A DNA stretch of 64,000 nt from Candidatus Dormiibacterota bacterium (GTDB lineage: Bacteria; Chloroflexota; Dormibacteria; Aeolococcales; Bog-877), in NCBI GenBank assembly GCA_963701235.1, contig OY969577.1:1573363-1637362 (forward strand). The letters are read 5' to 3'. Shown here piece after piece: positions 41,290 through 51,197 of the stretch. Made by a program: the position numbers and the translations under genes. Numbering within the stretch: position 1 is the first letter of the stretch; every line of letters begins with the position of its first letter. The notes beneath the pieces are model-generated. The model was not told the origin of the DNA. It saw only the letters and a list, made by a program, of their open reading frames with translations, and made no database searches.

Positions 41290-42777
41290 GTGCGACACAA
41301 TCGCCGAGTGCTGCGCCTAGCGTTGAGGTCCGCCCGAGCCCAGCGCGCGGGCGGGTTGTCGTCACTCCCCAGCGCAATCGGGCTGGTGCTGGCAGTGGCA
41401 GCGGTTGTCTATTTGCCGGCGCCGGCACAGTTGGTGAGCTTCCAACCCAACCGACCCCCGGCCGGCGCTCTGCCCTGGTTGTCGGTCAGCCAGGGCCGGG
41501 TCGCCGACAGTCAGGGTCGGACCGTCATCCTCCGCGGCTTCAACGACGACGCGCTCCTCCAGATCGCGGGGGAGCCGCCCTCCCCGCCGATGACGCCTGC
41601 GGACGCCTCTCTGATGGAGGCGGAGGGCTTCGACGTGGTCCGGCTGCCGATCTCCTGGTCACTCTTGGAGCCCCACCAGGGGCAGTTCAGTAAGACCTAT
41701 CTGCGCCGGATCAGAGAGGTGGTCGCGCTCTGCGCCAGCCACCACCTCTACGTGGTGCTCGACATGCACACGGAGGACTTCGGGGTCGGCTTCGGCGGCA
41801 GCGGAGCCCCGGACTGGCTGTCGATCCCAGGTGTACCTGACCTCCACCTGCCCTTCCTGACCCCGGCCTGGCAACGCCACCTCTCACCTGCGGTGAATGC
41901 GGCCCTCGCCTTCTTCTGGCTCTATCCCAACTGGCAGCGGCTCTACTGGCAGGCGTGGGCAAAGGTCGCGGCTGAGTTTCGGGGCAACTCCGCGGTCGCC
42001 GGCTACGACCTCTACAACGAGCCCCATCCCTTCCCGGTGCCGCCGGCCATCTTCGAGACCCATGTCCTGTGGCCCTTCTACGCCGTCGGCATTCGATCTC
42101 TGGCCAAGGTCGACCCCAACCACCTCTTCATCGTCGAGGGCGACCTCTTCGCCGACCTCCCCACCGCCGTCCGTCCCCTCTCGGCACCGGACCTCGTCTA
42201 TTCCACCCACCTCTACAGCGGCAGCATTCTCGGGCCTACCTTCAACGGCAGCGCCGGGCCCCTTCAGGCCGAGCTCGAGCAGGGGCTAACCGAGGCGCGT
42301 CAGCTCCCTGCCGCATACTGGACCGGAGAGCTGGGTATCGACCACACCCGTCCCATCGCCGCCTCCTGGGCGCGCGCCGAGATCTCCCTCTCCAACCGCT
42401 CCCTCACCGGTTGGGCCTGGTGGCAGTGGAATGATCCGGACGACTGGGGAGTTGAGCGAGGCAACGGCCCTGTCGACCATGCCTGGCTCGATGTCCTGGC
42501 CCAGCCTTTCGTCCGGGCCTCTCCTGGCACGCTCAGCGATCTCAGATACGAGGTGAAGTCGTCCACCCTCTCGGCCCAAGTCAAGTCCGCGGCGGTGGGC
42601 AGCCAGGTGCTGGTCTCCTGGCCAGCCTCGGTGGGGGCGCCAATCGTGCTCAGCGAGTGCGCCCGGCTGGCCTCGCCCTACCTACCCGCCAGCGGGGAGC
42701 TGAACCTCACGCTCACAGCCCCCGACTGCAAGATCGAGATCACAGGGGTGGTCACTGCCCTAAGGGGCCTGCCCTAA
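41290..42777 (+). CDS. glycoside hydrolase family 5 (cellulase-family) protein, secreted
   Basis: GFDVVRLPISW, the NEP catalytic-acid motif (YDLYNEPH), and the downstream GELG nucleophile region. N-terminal signal/anchor. Confidence 0.6.
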   Translation: MRHNRRVLRLALRSARAQRAGGLSSLPSAIGLVLAVAAVVYLPAPAQLVSFQPNRPPAGALPWLSVSQGRVADSQGRTVILRGFNDDALLQIAGEPPSPPMTPADASLMEAEGFDVVRLPISWSLLEPHQGQFSKTYLRRIREVVALCASHHLYVVLDMHTEDFGVGFGGSGAPDWLSIPGVPDLHLPFLTPAWQRHLSPAVNAALAFFWLYPNWQRLYWQAWAKVAAEFRGNSAVAGYDLYNEPHPFPVPPAIFETHVLWPFYAVGIRSLAKVDPNHLFIVEGDLFADLPTAVRPLSAPDLVYSTHLYSGSILGPTFNGSAGPLQAELEQGLTEARQLPAAYWTGELGIDHTRPIAASWARAEISLSNRSLTGWAWWQWNDPDDWGVERGNGPVDHAWLDVLAQPFVRASPGTLSDLRYEVKSSTLSAQVKSAAVGSQVLVSWPASVGAPIVLSECARLASPYLPASGELNLTLTAPDCKIEITGVVTALRGLP

Positions 42778-43769
42778 GAGCTCTCCCACACCCCACTGAC
42801 TTGGCTGCGGTGACCCGCGTCCAGGACTCGCAGGTTTAGTTCCGCGTCGTCTGCCTCGGTCGGAAGCAAAGCCCCGCCGCCGACCCGGGCGGTGAAGGCC
42901 GACACCATCTTTTGGTAGGGATCGGCCGCCGGGGTGGGGATGCGTCGAGAAGTGCCTCCGGGAGTTGGACTCATCCACAGTGGAATCGCCTCCTTATGCC
43001 AGGCGGTGAAGGGCTTGGGGATGGTCAGGGAGGCCTCAGTGCCGATCAGCTCCAGCCGCTGGTGCTCGGCCGACTCGAAGCTGTAGGCGAGCTCCGCCGA
43101 GGTCGGCCCTCGCGGCGTCTCAAACTCCATCAGCATGGAGCCGTCGCTGACCACGCCGTGTTTTAGATCTGCTCGGGCCAGCACCCGGGTGGGCTCGCCG
43201 ACCAGCCAGCGGCAGGCATTCACCAGGTAGGACCCGACGTCGTAGAGGGCGCCTCCCCCCAAGGCCTGCTCCCAGCGGACGTCAGGCTCTGGCCCCAGGG
43301 GAAAGGTGAAGGTTCCTTGCAGATGGCGCAGGCTGCCGAGGCTGCCGTCGGCGACCAGTTCGCGGATCAACTGCCAGCGCGGGTGATAGCGGTACATGAC
43401 CGCCTCCGCCAGCACCACGCCCGCCTCGGCAGCGGCCCTGCGCATCTCCATGGCCTCGGCCGCGGTCAGTGCCAGAGGTTTCTCGCAGAGGACGTGCCTG
43501 CCGGCGGCCACCGCCCTCAGGGTCCAGGGCCGGTGCAACGAATTGGGCAGCGGGATGTAGACAGCGTCCAGGTCGACCTCGAGCAACGCCTCGTAGCTCG
43601 GGCAGAGCCGCGGAATCTGGAACCGGGCCGCCATGTCCCGGCCTCTCTTGGGGTCGCGGCTGGCCAACGCCACCAGCGCGCCCCCGGCGCCGAGAATCGC
43701 GGGAATCACCGCCTTATTGGCGATGTCAGCTGCTCCCAGCACCCCCCAGCGGAGCCGTGCCGCGGTCAC
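42774..43769 (-). CDS. Gfo/Idh/MocA-family oxidoreductase
   Basis: Rossmann start (LRWGVLGAADIANKAVIPAI) and the EKP motif (VLCEKPLAL). The GTG start overlaps the stop of the upstream gene (GTGA). Confidence 0.65.
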   Translation of the reverse strand: MTAARLRWGVLGAADIANKAVIPAILGAGGALVALASRDPKRGRDMAARFQIPRLCPSYEALLEVDLDAVYIPLPNSLHRPWTLRAVAAGRHVLCEKPLALTAAEAMEMRRAAAEAGVVLAEAVMYRYHPRWQLIRELVADGSLGSLRHLQGTFTFPLGPEPDVRWEQALGGGALYDVGSYLVNACRWLVGEPTRVLARADLKHGVVSDGSMLMEFETPRGPTSAELAYSFESAEHQRLELIGTEASLTIPKPFTAWHKEAIPLWMSPTPGGTSRRIPTPAADPYQKMVSAFTARVGGGALLPTEADDAELNLRVLDAGHRSQVSGVWESS

Positions 43770-45463
43770 ACCCGAATGTTGAGCGGCTGCCCCAGCTCGG
43801 CCGCGCGGAGGGCGGCCTCCATCAACGCCACGTTGCGGCGTGCCGACTCCGGGGTCACCGCCAAGGGCTCCCCGGCGAGGAGGTGACCGGCCAGGTTGCG
43901 GTAGAAGGCCTGGGGCGGTGGAGCCGGTAGCGAGAGCAGCTGATCGTGACTCTCCCCGGAACCGCTGGGGGTGAGGATGTGCAGCTCGCAGGGCAGGTCG
44001 GTGACCGGAAGCCGTTCTTCGACCAGCTGGCCGCTCGGCCCGCGACTGGTCAGCCTGCCCTCGCGCCAATGGCCCACCGCAGCGCCCTGCGTTCCCAGCA
44101 CGTACCACTTGGGCTTGCGGGCGGCGGCGATGTCGGAATGTATGAAGGTCGCCTCGGCCCCGTTGCGAAAGGTCATCCGGAGCTCGAAGTGATCGTCGTT
44201 GGTCACGTCCTGCCAGACCAGCTTCTGATTGCGGGCCGAGACCTGCACCACCTGTGCCGGGATCAGCTGCAGGATCCAGTCCAGGTAGTGCGCTCCCCAG
44301 TCGAAGATCACGCCGCCGCTGACCGGGGAGTGGGAGTGCCAGTAGTGGCAGGGATGGTCATAGCCGCCGACGAACGCCTCCAGATGAAAGATCGACCCCA
44401 GGTCACCGCGCTCGATGGCCGCCTTGAGAGCCAGAAAGTCAGGATCCCAACGGCGGTTCTGGTAGACGGTGAGGGTCTTGCCGGTCTCACCGGCCAAATC
44501 CACCAGCCGGTCCGCATCATCGAGGTTGAGGCAGAAGGGCTTTTCCAGCACCACATGCTTGCCCGCTCTCAGGGCCTGCTCGGCCAGGGCCGCGTGAGTG
44601 TTCGGAGGAGTGGAGATGATCACGACCTCGACGCCGGGCTCCTCCACCAACTCCGCCAGGCTGGTGGCCACCGCCAGCTCGGGAAGTAGCTGGCTGACTG
44701 CCTCGACTCGGGTTGGATTAGGGTCAGCCACCGCCCGCAGGCTGAGCCCGGCCACCGCCGCAATCGAAGCGAGGTGATCGGGCCCGATGGCCCCGTAGCC
44801 GAGCATCCCAAGCCCGACGTAGTCTCGCTCCACCTCGCCGGCCAGGTAGCGCAGACCTCGATAGAGCAGCTCCTGAACCTCGGGCTCCCGAAAGGTGGCC
44901 GCGGCCTCGCCCATCCCCCAGTAGAAGACCCGTCCCGCGCCCGGCTCCCGGACGTAGGCGACCGGGAGTCTCCTGGCCCGCCAGGTGGTATCGAGCAGAA
45001 CCCGGCAATCGGGCGGCGCCTGGGGCTGGGTGTAGCAAGAGTCGTGCAGGGTCAGTGAGCCGGCCAGACGGCGGGTGATGTCGTGATCGCCATCACTGAC
45101 CCGGCTCACGATCTCGCTCCTGGGCAGACGTCCGTCCGGGCTGCCCCCGACCAGCTCCAGGTAGTCGCTGGCCCCGGCCCAGGTGGCATTGGTGCAATGC
45201 AGGCCCAGGAATCCGCCTCCCCGGCGCACGAAGTTGCAGAGGCCGGCCTCGGCCGCCGGGAACAGCTCTCCCTCGGGAGGGTGGGCTACGACCACGTCGT
45301 ACCCGTCAGGTCGGCTAAGCGCGGAAACGTCGCCGGTGACCTCGGCAGTGATGGCACCCGTCCGGTCCATGTACTCCAGCCAAGGAGCCAGGTCCTCGGC
45401 CTGCCGACCCCCCGCCACCACCAAGGTGCGAATCACGCGGACTACCCTGCTCCCGGCTTCCAT
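43766..45463 (-). CDS. fusion: ThuA-like (trehalose-utilisation, class I glutamine-amidotransferase-like) domain plus Gfo/Idh/MocA oxidoreductase domain
   Basis: N-terminal about 220 aa resembles ThuA (GGGFLGLHCTNATWAG). The C-terminal part has the GFO Rossmann and EKP motif (VVLEKPFCL). Confidence 0.6.
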   Translation of the reverse strand: MEAGSRVVRVIRTLVVAGGRQAEDLAPWLEYMDRTGAITAEVTGDVSALSRPDGYDVVVAHPPEGELFPAAEAGLCNFVRRGGGFLGLHCTNATWAGASDYLELVGGSPDGRLPRSEIVSRVSDGDHDITRRLAGSLTLHDSCYTQPQAPPDCRVLLDTTWRARRLPVAYVREPGAGRVFYWGMGEAAATFREPEVQELLYRGLRYLAGEVERDYVGLGMLGYGAIGPDHLASIAAVAGLSLRAVADPNPTRVEAVSQLLPELAVATSLAELVEEPGVEVVIISTPPNTHAALAEQALRAGKHVVLEKPFCLNLDDADRLVDLAGETGKTLTVYQNRRWDPDFLALKAAIERGDLGSIFHLEAFVGGYDHPCHYWHSHSPVSGGVIFDWGAHYLDWILQLIPAQVVQVSARNQKLVWQDVTNDDHFELRMTFRNGAEATFIHSDIAAARKPKWYVLGTQGAAVGHWREGRLTSRGPSGQLVEERLPVTDLPCELHILTPSGSGESHDQLLSLPAPPPQAFYRNLAGHLLAGEPLAVTPESARRNVALMEAALRAAELGQPLNIRV

Positions 45464-45511
45464 CTGCCCGGCCCCGGCCGACCGACCTGGCGCTCACTGT
45501 AACCTACCCAA

Positions 45512-45982
45512 GTGGAGATATTCGTGCCCCCAGAGACGATTGAGGACCTGCGCCAGGCGGTCGGGTCAACCTTGGGTCCCAGTGACTGGGTGGAGCTCGA
45601 CCAAGCCAAGATCGACGCCTTTGCCGAGGTCACCGGAGACCAGCAGTGGATCCACGTCGACCCTGAGCGGGCCGCGGCCAGCCAGCTCCACACCACCATC
45701 GCCCACGGATACCTGACCCTCTCGCTGACTCCGATGCTCCTGGACCAGCTCAACCATGTCCGCCACCACGCCACCAGCCTCAACTACGGGCTCAACCGGC
45801 TTCGTTTCCTAACCCCGGTGCCGGCCGGCAGCCGGGTCAGGCTGAGGGCCAAGGTGCTGGAGGTTCGCGATCGGCCCCCCGAGGGGTTTCTGGTCACCTA
45901 CGAGCTCACCTACGAACTGGAGGGCTCGGAGCGGCCGGCGCTGGTGGCAGAGTCCCTCAGCCTTCTCCTCCCCCGCGGCTGA
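45512..45982 (+). CDS. MaoC-like (R)-specific enoyl-CoA hydratase / hot-dog fold dehydratase
   Basis: 156 aa. DxxxxxxH-type hot-dog motif region (GDQQWIHVDPERAAAS...TIAHGYL). Confidence 0.65.
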   Translation: MEIFVPPETIEDLRQAVGSTLGPSDWVELDQAKIDAFAEVTGDQQWIHVDPERAAASQLHTTIAHGYLTLSLTPMLLDQLNHVRHHATSLNYGLNRLRFLTPVPAGSRVRLRAKVLEVRDRPPEGFLVTYELTYELEGSERPALVAESLSLLLPRG

Positions 45983-46715
45983 CCAGCCCGCCTCCACGCC
46001 GCCCGACGTGGAGGGCGACCACCCCAGCCGTCATCCGATATTGGTGGACCGGGTTGAAGCCGGACCGATGCAGCCAGGAGGTCACCAGGTCCGGCGCGGC
46101 AAAGGCGGCGATCGAGTCGGTGAGGTAGCGGTAGGCGCTGTCCCGGCCCAGCACCGCCCTGGCGATCACCGGGATCAGCCGGCGGCTGTACCAGCCGTAA
46201 GCTGGCCGCAGAAGTGGGTGGACCTGGCTGAACTCGAGGATCACCGCCCTCCCCCCCGGCCGCAGGACTCGAGCCAGCTCGTCGAGCGCACTCTGGCGAT
46301 CGTCGATGTTGCGGAGGCCGAAGGCCATGGTCGCGGCATCGAACGATTCATCGGCGAAGGGAAGGGCGCAGGCGTCTCCAACCACGAATCTCACTTCTGG
46401 CACCCTGGTTCTGGCCACCTCCAACATGGCCTCGGTGAGGTCGATCCCCACCACCTCGCCGGAGACGCCAACTCTGCGGCGCAGGAGTTGGGCCAGAGCT
46501 CCAGTCCCAGTGCAGACATCCAGGACGCGGTCGCCGGGCCGGGCCCGGGTGAGCTGGGCGGCCCGACGACGCCAGCGCCGGTCCTGGCCCTGGCTGAGCA
46601 GGGAGTTGAGCACGTCGTAACGCAGTGCCAGGCTGGTGAACATTCCCCTCACCGCCTCCGGCTCCGGGCTCCCCACGGTCGGCAACCCGAACGGGGCGAT
46701 CCCGCCCTGGCTCAC
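45957..46715 (-). CDS. demethylmenaquinone / ubiquinone C-methyltransferase (UbiE/MenG family)
   Basis: MFTSLALRYDVLNSLLSQGQDRRWRR ... VLDVCTGTGAL ... MAFGLRN ... LRPGG. GTG start placed so that it overlaps the upstream stop (GTGA). Confidence 0.65.
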   Translation of the reverse strand: MSQGGIAPFGLPTVGSPEPEAVRGMFTSLALRYDVLNSLLSQGQDRRWRRRAAQLTRARPGDRVLDVCTGTGALAQLLRRRVGVSGEVVGIDLTEAMLEVARTRVPEVRFVVGDACALPFADESFDAATMAFGLRNIDDRQSALDELARVLRPGGRAVILEFSQVHPLLRPAYGWYSRRLIPVIARAVLGRDSAYRYLTDSIAAFAAPDLVTSWLHRSGFNPVHQYRMTAGVVALHVGRRGGGLVSRGGGEG

Positions 46716-47608
46716 GCCGGGGCCGCCACCGCTTCGGTGACTGGGAGCGCGGCCTGTCGGTAACTGAGGCAGGCGCAGTCGATAGCCTCGGGAAGCGCGA
46801 TCAGAGCGTCGAGGGCCACTCGTCCCAGCTCCTCCGCCCCCTCGCGCACGATCGCCCGGAGAAGGTCGAAATCCCACTCCGGGCGCACTCCCTCGGCGTA
46901 GTTCAGCACCATCTCAACCGACCCGAAACACGCCCCAATCTCACGAGCCAGATAGACCTCGGGGGTAACGGTCTGGCTGATGATGTCACCCCCCATCCGA
47001 GCCAGCGCCGCCACCTCGGCGGCGGTCTCCATCCTGGGGCCTTCCACGGTGACGTGGACGGCCCGATTGAAGGCCCTGGTCGCCTTGTCGGCTGCGAACT
47101 GCCGGGCCCGCTGCCAGAGTGCCTCGCGGATCTCCGGGCAGAAGGGATCACGCATCACCAGAATCACCCCGGGCTCGAGCTGGCCGCCCCGTTGCTGGGT
47201 GAAGTCGATGAAGTCGTGGGGTACCACCAGGTCTCTCGGATGGAAGTGCTGGGTGATGCTTGCAGACCCGGACTCCGCGACCACCCGGACCACCCCCGCC
47301 CGCTCAAATACCCAGAACAGGGCCAAGGCCTTTTGAGCCCGCTCCTGGCTGGAGCGCCCCGCCAGCCCGGCGCCCAGCCCGGCGTGGGGCCGGGAGAACA
47401 ACACCGATCTCTCGCCGCCGCCCTCAAGCGCCACCTCAAAGTGGGTGACCGGAGGGGTGCTCCCGAAGGGAGTCTCGAACACGGATTCGCGGGCGAGTAG
47501 CTTGACCGAGGACTCCAGCTCAGGAGAACCCTGCGTGCCGGTCCCCGAACCCCCGAGGAGAGCGAACTTCGCCTTGGGGATGCCGGACTGCCGACTTGCC
47601 CTGACCAT
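46712..47608 (-). CDS. purine nucleoside / 5'-methylthioadenosine phosphorylase-family protein (PNP_UDP_1)
   Basis: GGSG ... TPFG ... and the C-terminal MT-PE-YLAREIG-Y pattern typical of MTAP-type phosphorylases. N-terminus uncertain. Confidence 0.5.
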   Translation of the reverse strand: MVRASRQSGIPKAKFALLGGSGTGTQGSPELESSVKLLARESVFETPFGSTPPVTHFEVALEGGGERSVLFSRPHAGLGAGLAGRSSQERAQKALALFWVFERAGVVRVVAESGSASITQHFHPRDLVVPHDFIDFTQQRGGQLEPGVILVMRDPFCPEIREALWQRARQFAADKATRAFNRAVHVTVEGPRMETAAEVAALARMGGDIISQTVTPEVYLAREIGACFGSVEMVLNYAEGVRPEWDFDLLRAIVREGAEELGRVALDALIALPEAIDCACLSYRQAALPVTEAVAAPA

Positions 47609-47735
47609 CGATCGAGTATATGTGCGGCTTCGGAGCCCACCTCGACCGCCATGGAACCGCCCGTGCGGGCCGGTCGCGGCCTAAGCTGCGAAGCTCAGCC
47701 CACCTGGGCGCGCGCGGCGGGAATCTCGCGGCCGG

Positions 47736-48896
47736 TCACGGCTGCGGCTCTCGCGCCGGACGCCATCCGACAATCTGGCGTTTTGCATGCGGAGAAGCAG
47801 ACGTGGTTTGCCGCCTGGTGCCGGGTGCTGCGGGCAGAAGGAAGTAGATTCTGGCACCCCTGCTTGGTGCGGGATCGACCCAGATCCGGCCACCCTGAGC
47901 TTCGATCAGACCTTTGGAGATGGTCAGGCCCAGACCCGAACCGCTACTGGCTGTAGACCGCGCTGTGTCGGCCCGCCAGAATGGCTCGAATACCCGGGCC
48001 TGAGCCGGGAGCGGAATGCCGCAACCGGTGTCGCTGACGGCCACCAGGATGGCGCCCGGCTGTTTGGCTGCCGACACCCGGATCTCGCCCCCGGCGGGCG
48101 TGTGCTGCAAGGCATTGGTGATGAGGTTGGAGACGACTCTCTCCACCTTCTCCGGGGCACACAGGGCGGCGAGGTCGCCGTCGAAGTGGTCGGTCCGGAG
48201 GGTGATTCCCGCGCCCCTGGCCGCCGCCTCGAACCAGCCGGCACAGGTCTCAATCAGGGCAACCAGATCCACCACCTTGATCTCGTCTTGAGTTGCTCCG
48301 CTGTCGATGCGGGCCATCTCGAAGAGTTCGCTGATCCTCCCCTCCAGCAGCCGCACCTGTTCTTGGAGGGGCGGTAGGTACTCCGCAGTGTTTGCCAGGC
48401 CGTCCTCTAACGCCTCCAGCATGGCTCGAATCGAGGTGACGGGAGCCCGGAGATCGTGACTGGCCCAGGTCACCAGGTCCCGCCGAGCGTCGAAGAGATC
48501 CTCCAAGTTCTGGGCCATGATGTTGAAGGAAGCCGCTAGTTCGGCCAGCTCCGCTGGTCCACCGCGGGGAGCCCTGGCTGCCAGTTCGCCGGCTGCCAGC
48601 GCGGAAGAGGCAGCCCTGAGTCGCTGGAGCCGTCCCATGATCCGGCGCTCGACCAGTGCAGCGCCCGCCAGGGCCGCCAGGGCCGAGGCGGACGACACCA
48701 CCAAGATCGCTTGGGCTGGCCCTCCGTGGAACATCGCTAGACCGGATACCGATACCGCCGCCAGGGGCAGGCCCACCGCCAACATTGCCAGCGCCACCAG
48801 CTGCAACCGGACCGTCGGCAGCAGTTGTAGTGCCAGCGCCCCGAGCACCCCGGCAACCAGGGTGGCGGAGCCAACGGCCAAGAAGAGGCCGATCAC
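47736..48896 (-). CDS. sensor histidine kinase (two TM helices, HAMP, HisKA, HATPase_c)
   Basis: H-box (SHDLRAPVTSI), N and G boxes. Start taken at the GTG that overlaps the response-regulator stop. The track ORF extends further upstream. Confidence 0.7.
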   Translation of the reverse strand: MIGLFLAVGSATLVAGVLGALALQLLPTVRLQLVALAMLAVGLPLAAVSVSGLAMFHGGPAQAILVVSSASALAALAGAALVERRIMGRLQRLRAASSALAAGELAARAPRGGPAELAELAASFNIMAQNLEDLFDARRDLVTWASHDLRAPVTSIRAMLEALEDGLANTAEYLPPLQEQVRLLEGRISELFEMARIDSGATQDEIKVVDLVALIETCAGWFEAAARGAGITLRTDHFDGDLAALCAPEKVERVVSNLITNALQHTPAGGEIRVSAAKQPGAILVAVSDTGCGIPLPAQARVFEPFWRADTARSTASSGSGLGLTISKGLIEAQGGRIWVDPAPSRGARIYFLLPAAPGTRRQTTSASPHAKRQIVGWRPAREPQP

Positions 48897-49576
48897 GGCA
48901 CGAACCGATAGCCCACTCCCCAGACGGTCTGGATCAGCGCTGGACTGGAGGGGTCGTCCTCGATCTTCTCGCGAAGCCGGCGCACATGAACGGTGACCGT
49001 GCTGGCGGCGGTCTCCACGCTGCGCTGGTGACCCCAAACTCTGGTCAGCAGCTGGTCCCGCGAGAACACCACCCGGGGGTTGCCAGCCAAGAAGCGCAGC
49101 AGGTCGAACTCCAGGGCGGTGAGCTCAACCTGGGCGCCGCCGACCGTCACCTCGCGTGCCTCTGAGTCAATCACCAGAGCGCCGGCCTCAATCGGTAGGC
49201 TTCGCGCCGGAGCAGCCGACGCCCGACGAAGCACCGCTTTGACACGGGCGGAGAGTTCGCGAGGAGAGAACGGCTTCGTAACGTAGTCGTCGGCTCCGAG
49301 CTCCAGGCCGACAATGCGATCGGCCTCCTCAGAGCGAGCGGTAAGCAGGATCACAGCTGTCTCACCGCGATCGCGGATCCACCGGCAGAGGTCCAAACCG
49401 TTGAGGCCGGGGATCATGAGGTCAAGGACCACCAAGTCGGGGTGGGCGCGCTCTAGCAACTGCCTCGCCTGATCACCGTTGCCCGCCTGCACGACCTGGA
49501 CTCCGTCCCGCTCCAGATAACGGGTCACCACGTCCCGGACCACGGCATCGTCATCGACCACCAGCACTGTTGCCAT
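48893..49576 (-). CDS. OmpR-family response regulator
   Basis: Receiver domain (VLVVDDD ... D at LDLMIPG) plus winged-helix trans_reg_C (...GYRFVP). Confidence 0.85.
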   Translation of the reverse strand: MATVLVVDDDAVVRDVVTRYLERDGVQVVQAGNGDQARQLLERAHPDLVVLDLMIPGLNGLDLCRWIRDRGETAVILLTARSEEADRIVGLELGADDYVTKPFSPRELSARVKAVLRRASAAPARSLPIEAGALVIDSEAREVTVGGAQVELTALEFDLLRFLAGNPRVVFSRDQLLTRVWGHQRSVETAASTVTVHVRRLREKIEDDPSSPALIQTVWGVGYRFVP

Positions 49577-50051
49577 CTTCAGATCGTATCCCCACCATCC
49601 GAATCAGCCTCCCCCAAGGGCTGCCCCGGTTGAGCGTGCCGCGCTGAGCGATGCGGTAGCGACCCCTGTCAAGCCTCGCTATGGACGCCTTGCTTTGGCA
49701 TGTTCGCGCTCCGCACTCCTCGAGAAGAACCCGCGGTGAGATGCCTCTAAGGCTCAAGGGGGGAAGTGACGCGGCCCTTGTCGAATCCTTACGAAATGAT
49801 TGCGCCCCAAGGTTCCGCTGAGATTCGGAGCCCAATGGCCAGGGTGGTCACGCCGATCCTCCAGTCCCGAGCCGCGCCTCAGTCGACGTCACCGAAAGGT
49901 AATCCCAGCTTCCGACTTACTTAAGGTCCCGGGGCTACGGTCGGAACAGGGACTCGACACCCAGCTCAGTACGGCTGGCCGCGGAGAGTCTCTGCCCCGG
50001 AAGCTCCGGCCCCAAGGGCTCACTGACCATGCCGGAAGGAGGAAGCGCCCG

Positions 50052-51197
50052 ATGAAGAATCTGTTGCGACTGGGTACCACAGTTGCCTTCCTGGCCAGCT
50101 GCGCCACCCTGCTGAACCTACCGGTCAGCGCTGCCGATCCGGGGCAACCCAGTTGGGGGGGCGGTCAACACTTGGTCTTTGCTCAGACCAATGGGGCAGG
50201 TGGTAACCAAGTGATCGTCTACCGTCACACTGCCGAGGGTCCCATCCTGGTGGGCCGCTACCTCACGGGTGGGGTGGGAGCAACCGCCAGCGCTGCGGTG
50301 GTGGATTCCTTGGCGTCACAGGGTTCACTGGTTTTCGATCCTGGCCACCAGGTCCTGATCAGCGTCAACGCCGGCAGTGACTCGATCTCGGTTTTCCAAG
50401 TTGGGGGCGGCGGAATCGCCTTGCGCCAGGTGCTCTCCTCTGCAGGCTCGTTCCCCGACAGCATCGCCGTCAGCGGGCAACTGGTTTACGTTCTCAACGG
50501 TGGTGGCGTCGGGGTGCTACAGGGATATCACTTCGACGGAGATCGGCTGCGCCCGATTCCTGGCTCGGCCCGCTCCTTGGGCTTGACCAACACCGATCCC
50601 CCCAACTACCTGGAGTCGCCCGGGCAGGTTGGATTCACCCCAAATGGCAGGCAGTTGGTGGTCACGACCAAGGCCAGCGGCAGCGACATCGATGTCTTCA
50701 CCGTGGCCGCAAATGGCCAGCTGGGCGCGCCCACAGTCAACCCCAGTGCGCAACCGGTGCCGTTTGGGTTCACCTTCGACAACTTCGGCCACCTGGTGGT
50801 CACGGAGGCGGGTTCCAGCAGCGTCACCACCTACAACCTCAGTCCAGGCGGTGGCCTGATAGCGATCGCGACCCTCGGAGACGGACAGGCAGCTCTTTGC
50901 TGGATCACCCGGGTTGACGGCTTTTACTACGGCGCCAACGCCGGCAGCAACTCCCTGAGTGGCTACACCGTGGGCTTCAACGGCAGCCTGGCCTTGTTAG
51001 GCCCCGACGGTGGGGTGCTCGCCAACACCGATGCCGGTCCCATCGACATGGCGGTCGGCTCCGATGGCGTTCTCTACGCCGAGGCCGGCGGGGCCGGGGC
51101 TATTGATGAGTTCCAGATCAACCGGAACGGGTCGCTCACGGCGATCGGATCCGTAACCGGACTAGGGGCAGGGATCGAGGGGATCGCGGTCAGTTAG
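50052..51197 (+). CDS. secreted beta-propeller protein (lactonase / YVTN-type repeat family)
   Basis: ATG at 50052 with GGAAGGAGGA RBS, signal peptide, and repeated blade-like Gly-rich segments. The long (about 480 nt) upstream region looks non-coding. Confidence 0.55.
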   Translation: MKNLLRLGTTVAFLASCATLLNLPVSAADPGQPSWGGGQHLVFAQTNGAGGNQVIVYRHTAEGPILVGRYLTGGVGATASAAVVDSLASQGSLVFDPGHQVLISVNAGSDSISVFQVGGGGIALRQVLSSAGSFPDSIAVSGQLVYVLNGGGVGVLQGYHFDGDRLRPIPGSARSLGLTNTDPPNYLESPGQVGFTPNGRQLVVTTKASGSDIDVFTVAANGQLGAPTVNPSAQPVPFGFTFDNFGHLVVTEAGSSSVTTYNLSPGGGLIAIATLGDGQAALCWITRVDGFYYGANAGSNSLSGYTVGFNGSLALLGPDGGVLANTDAGPIDMAVGSDGVLYAEAGGAGAIDEFQINRNGSLTAIGSVTGLGAGIEGIAVS

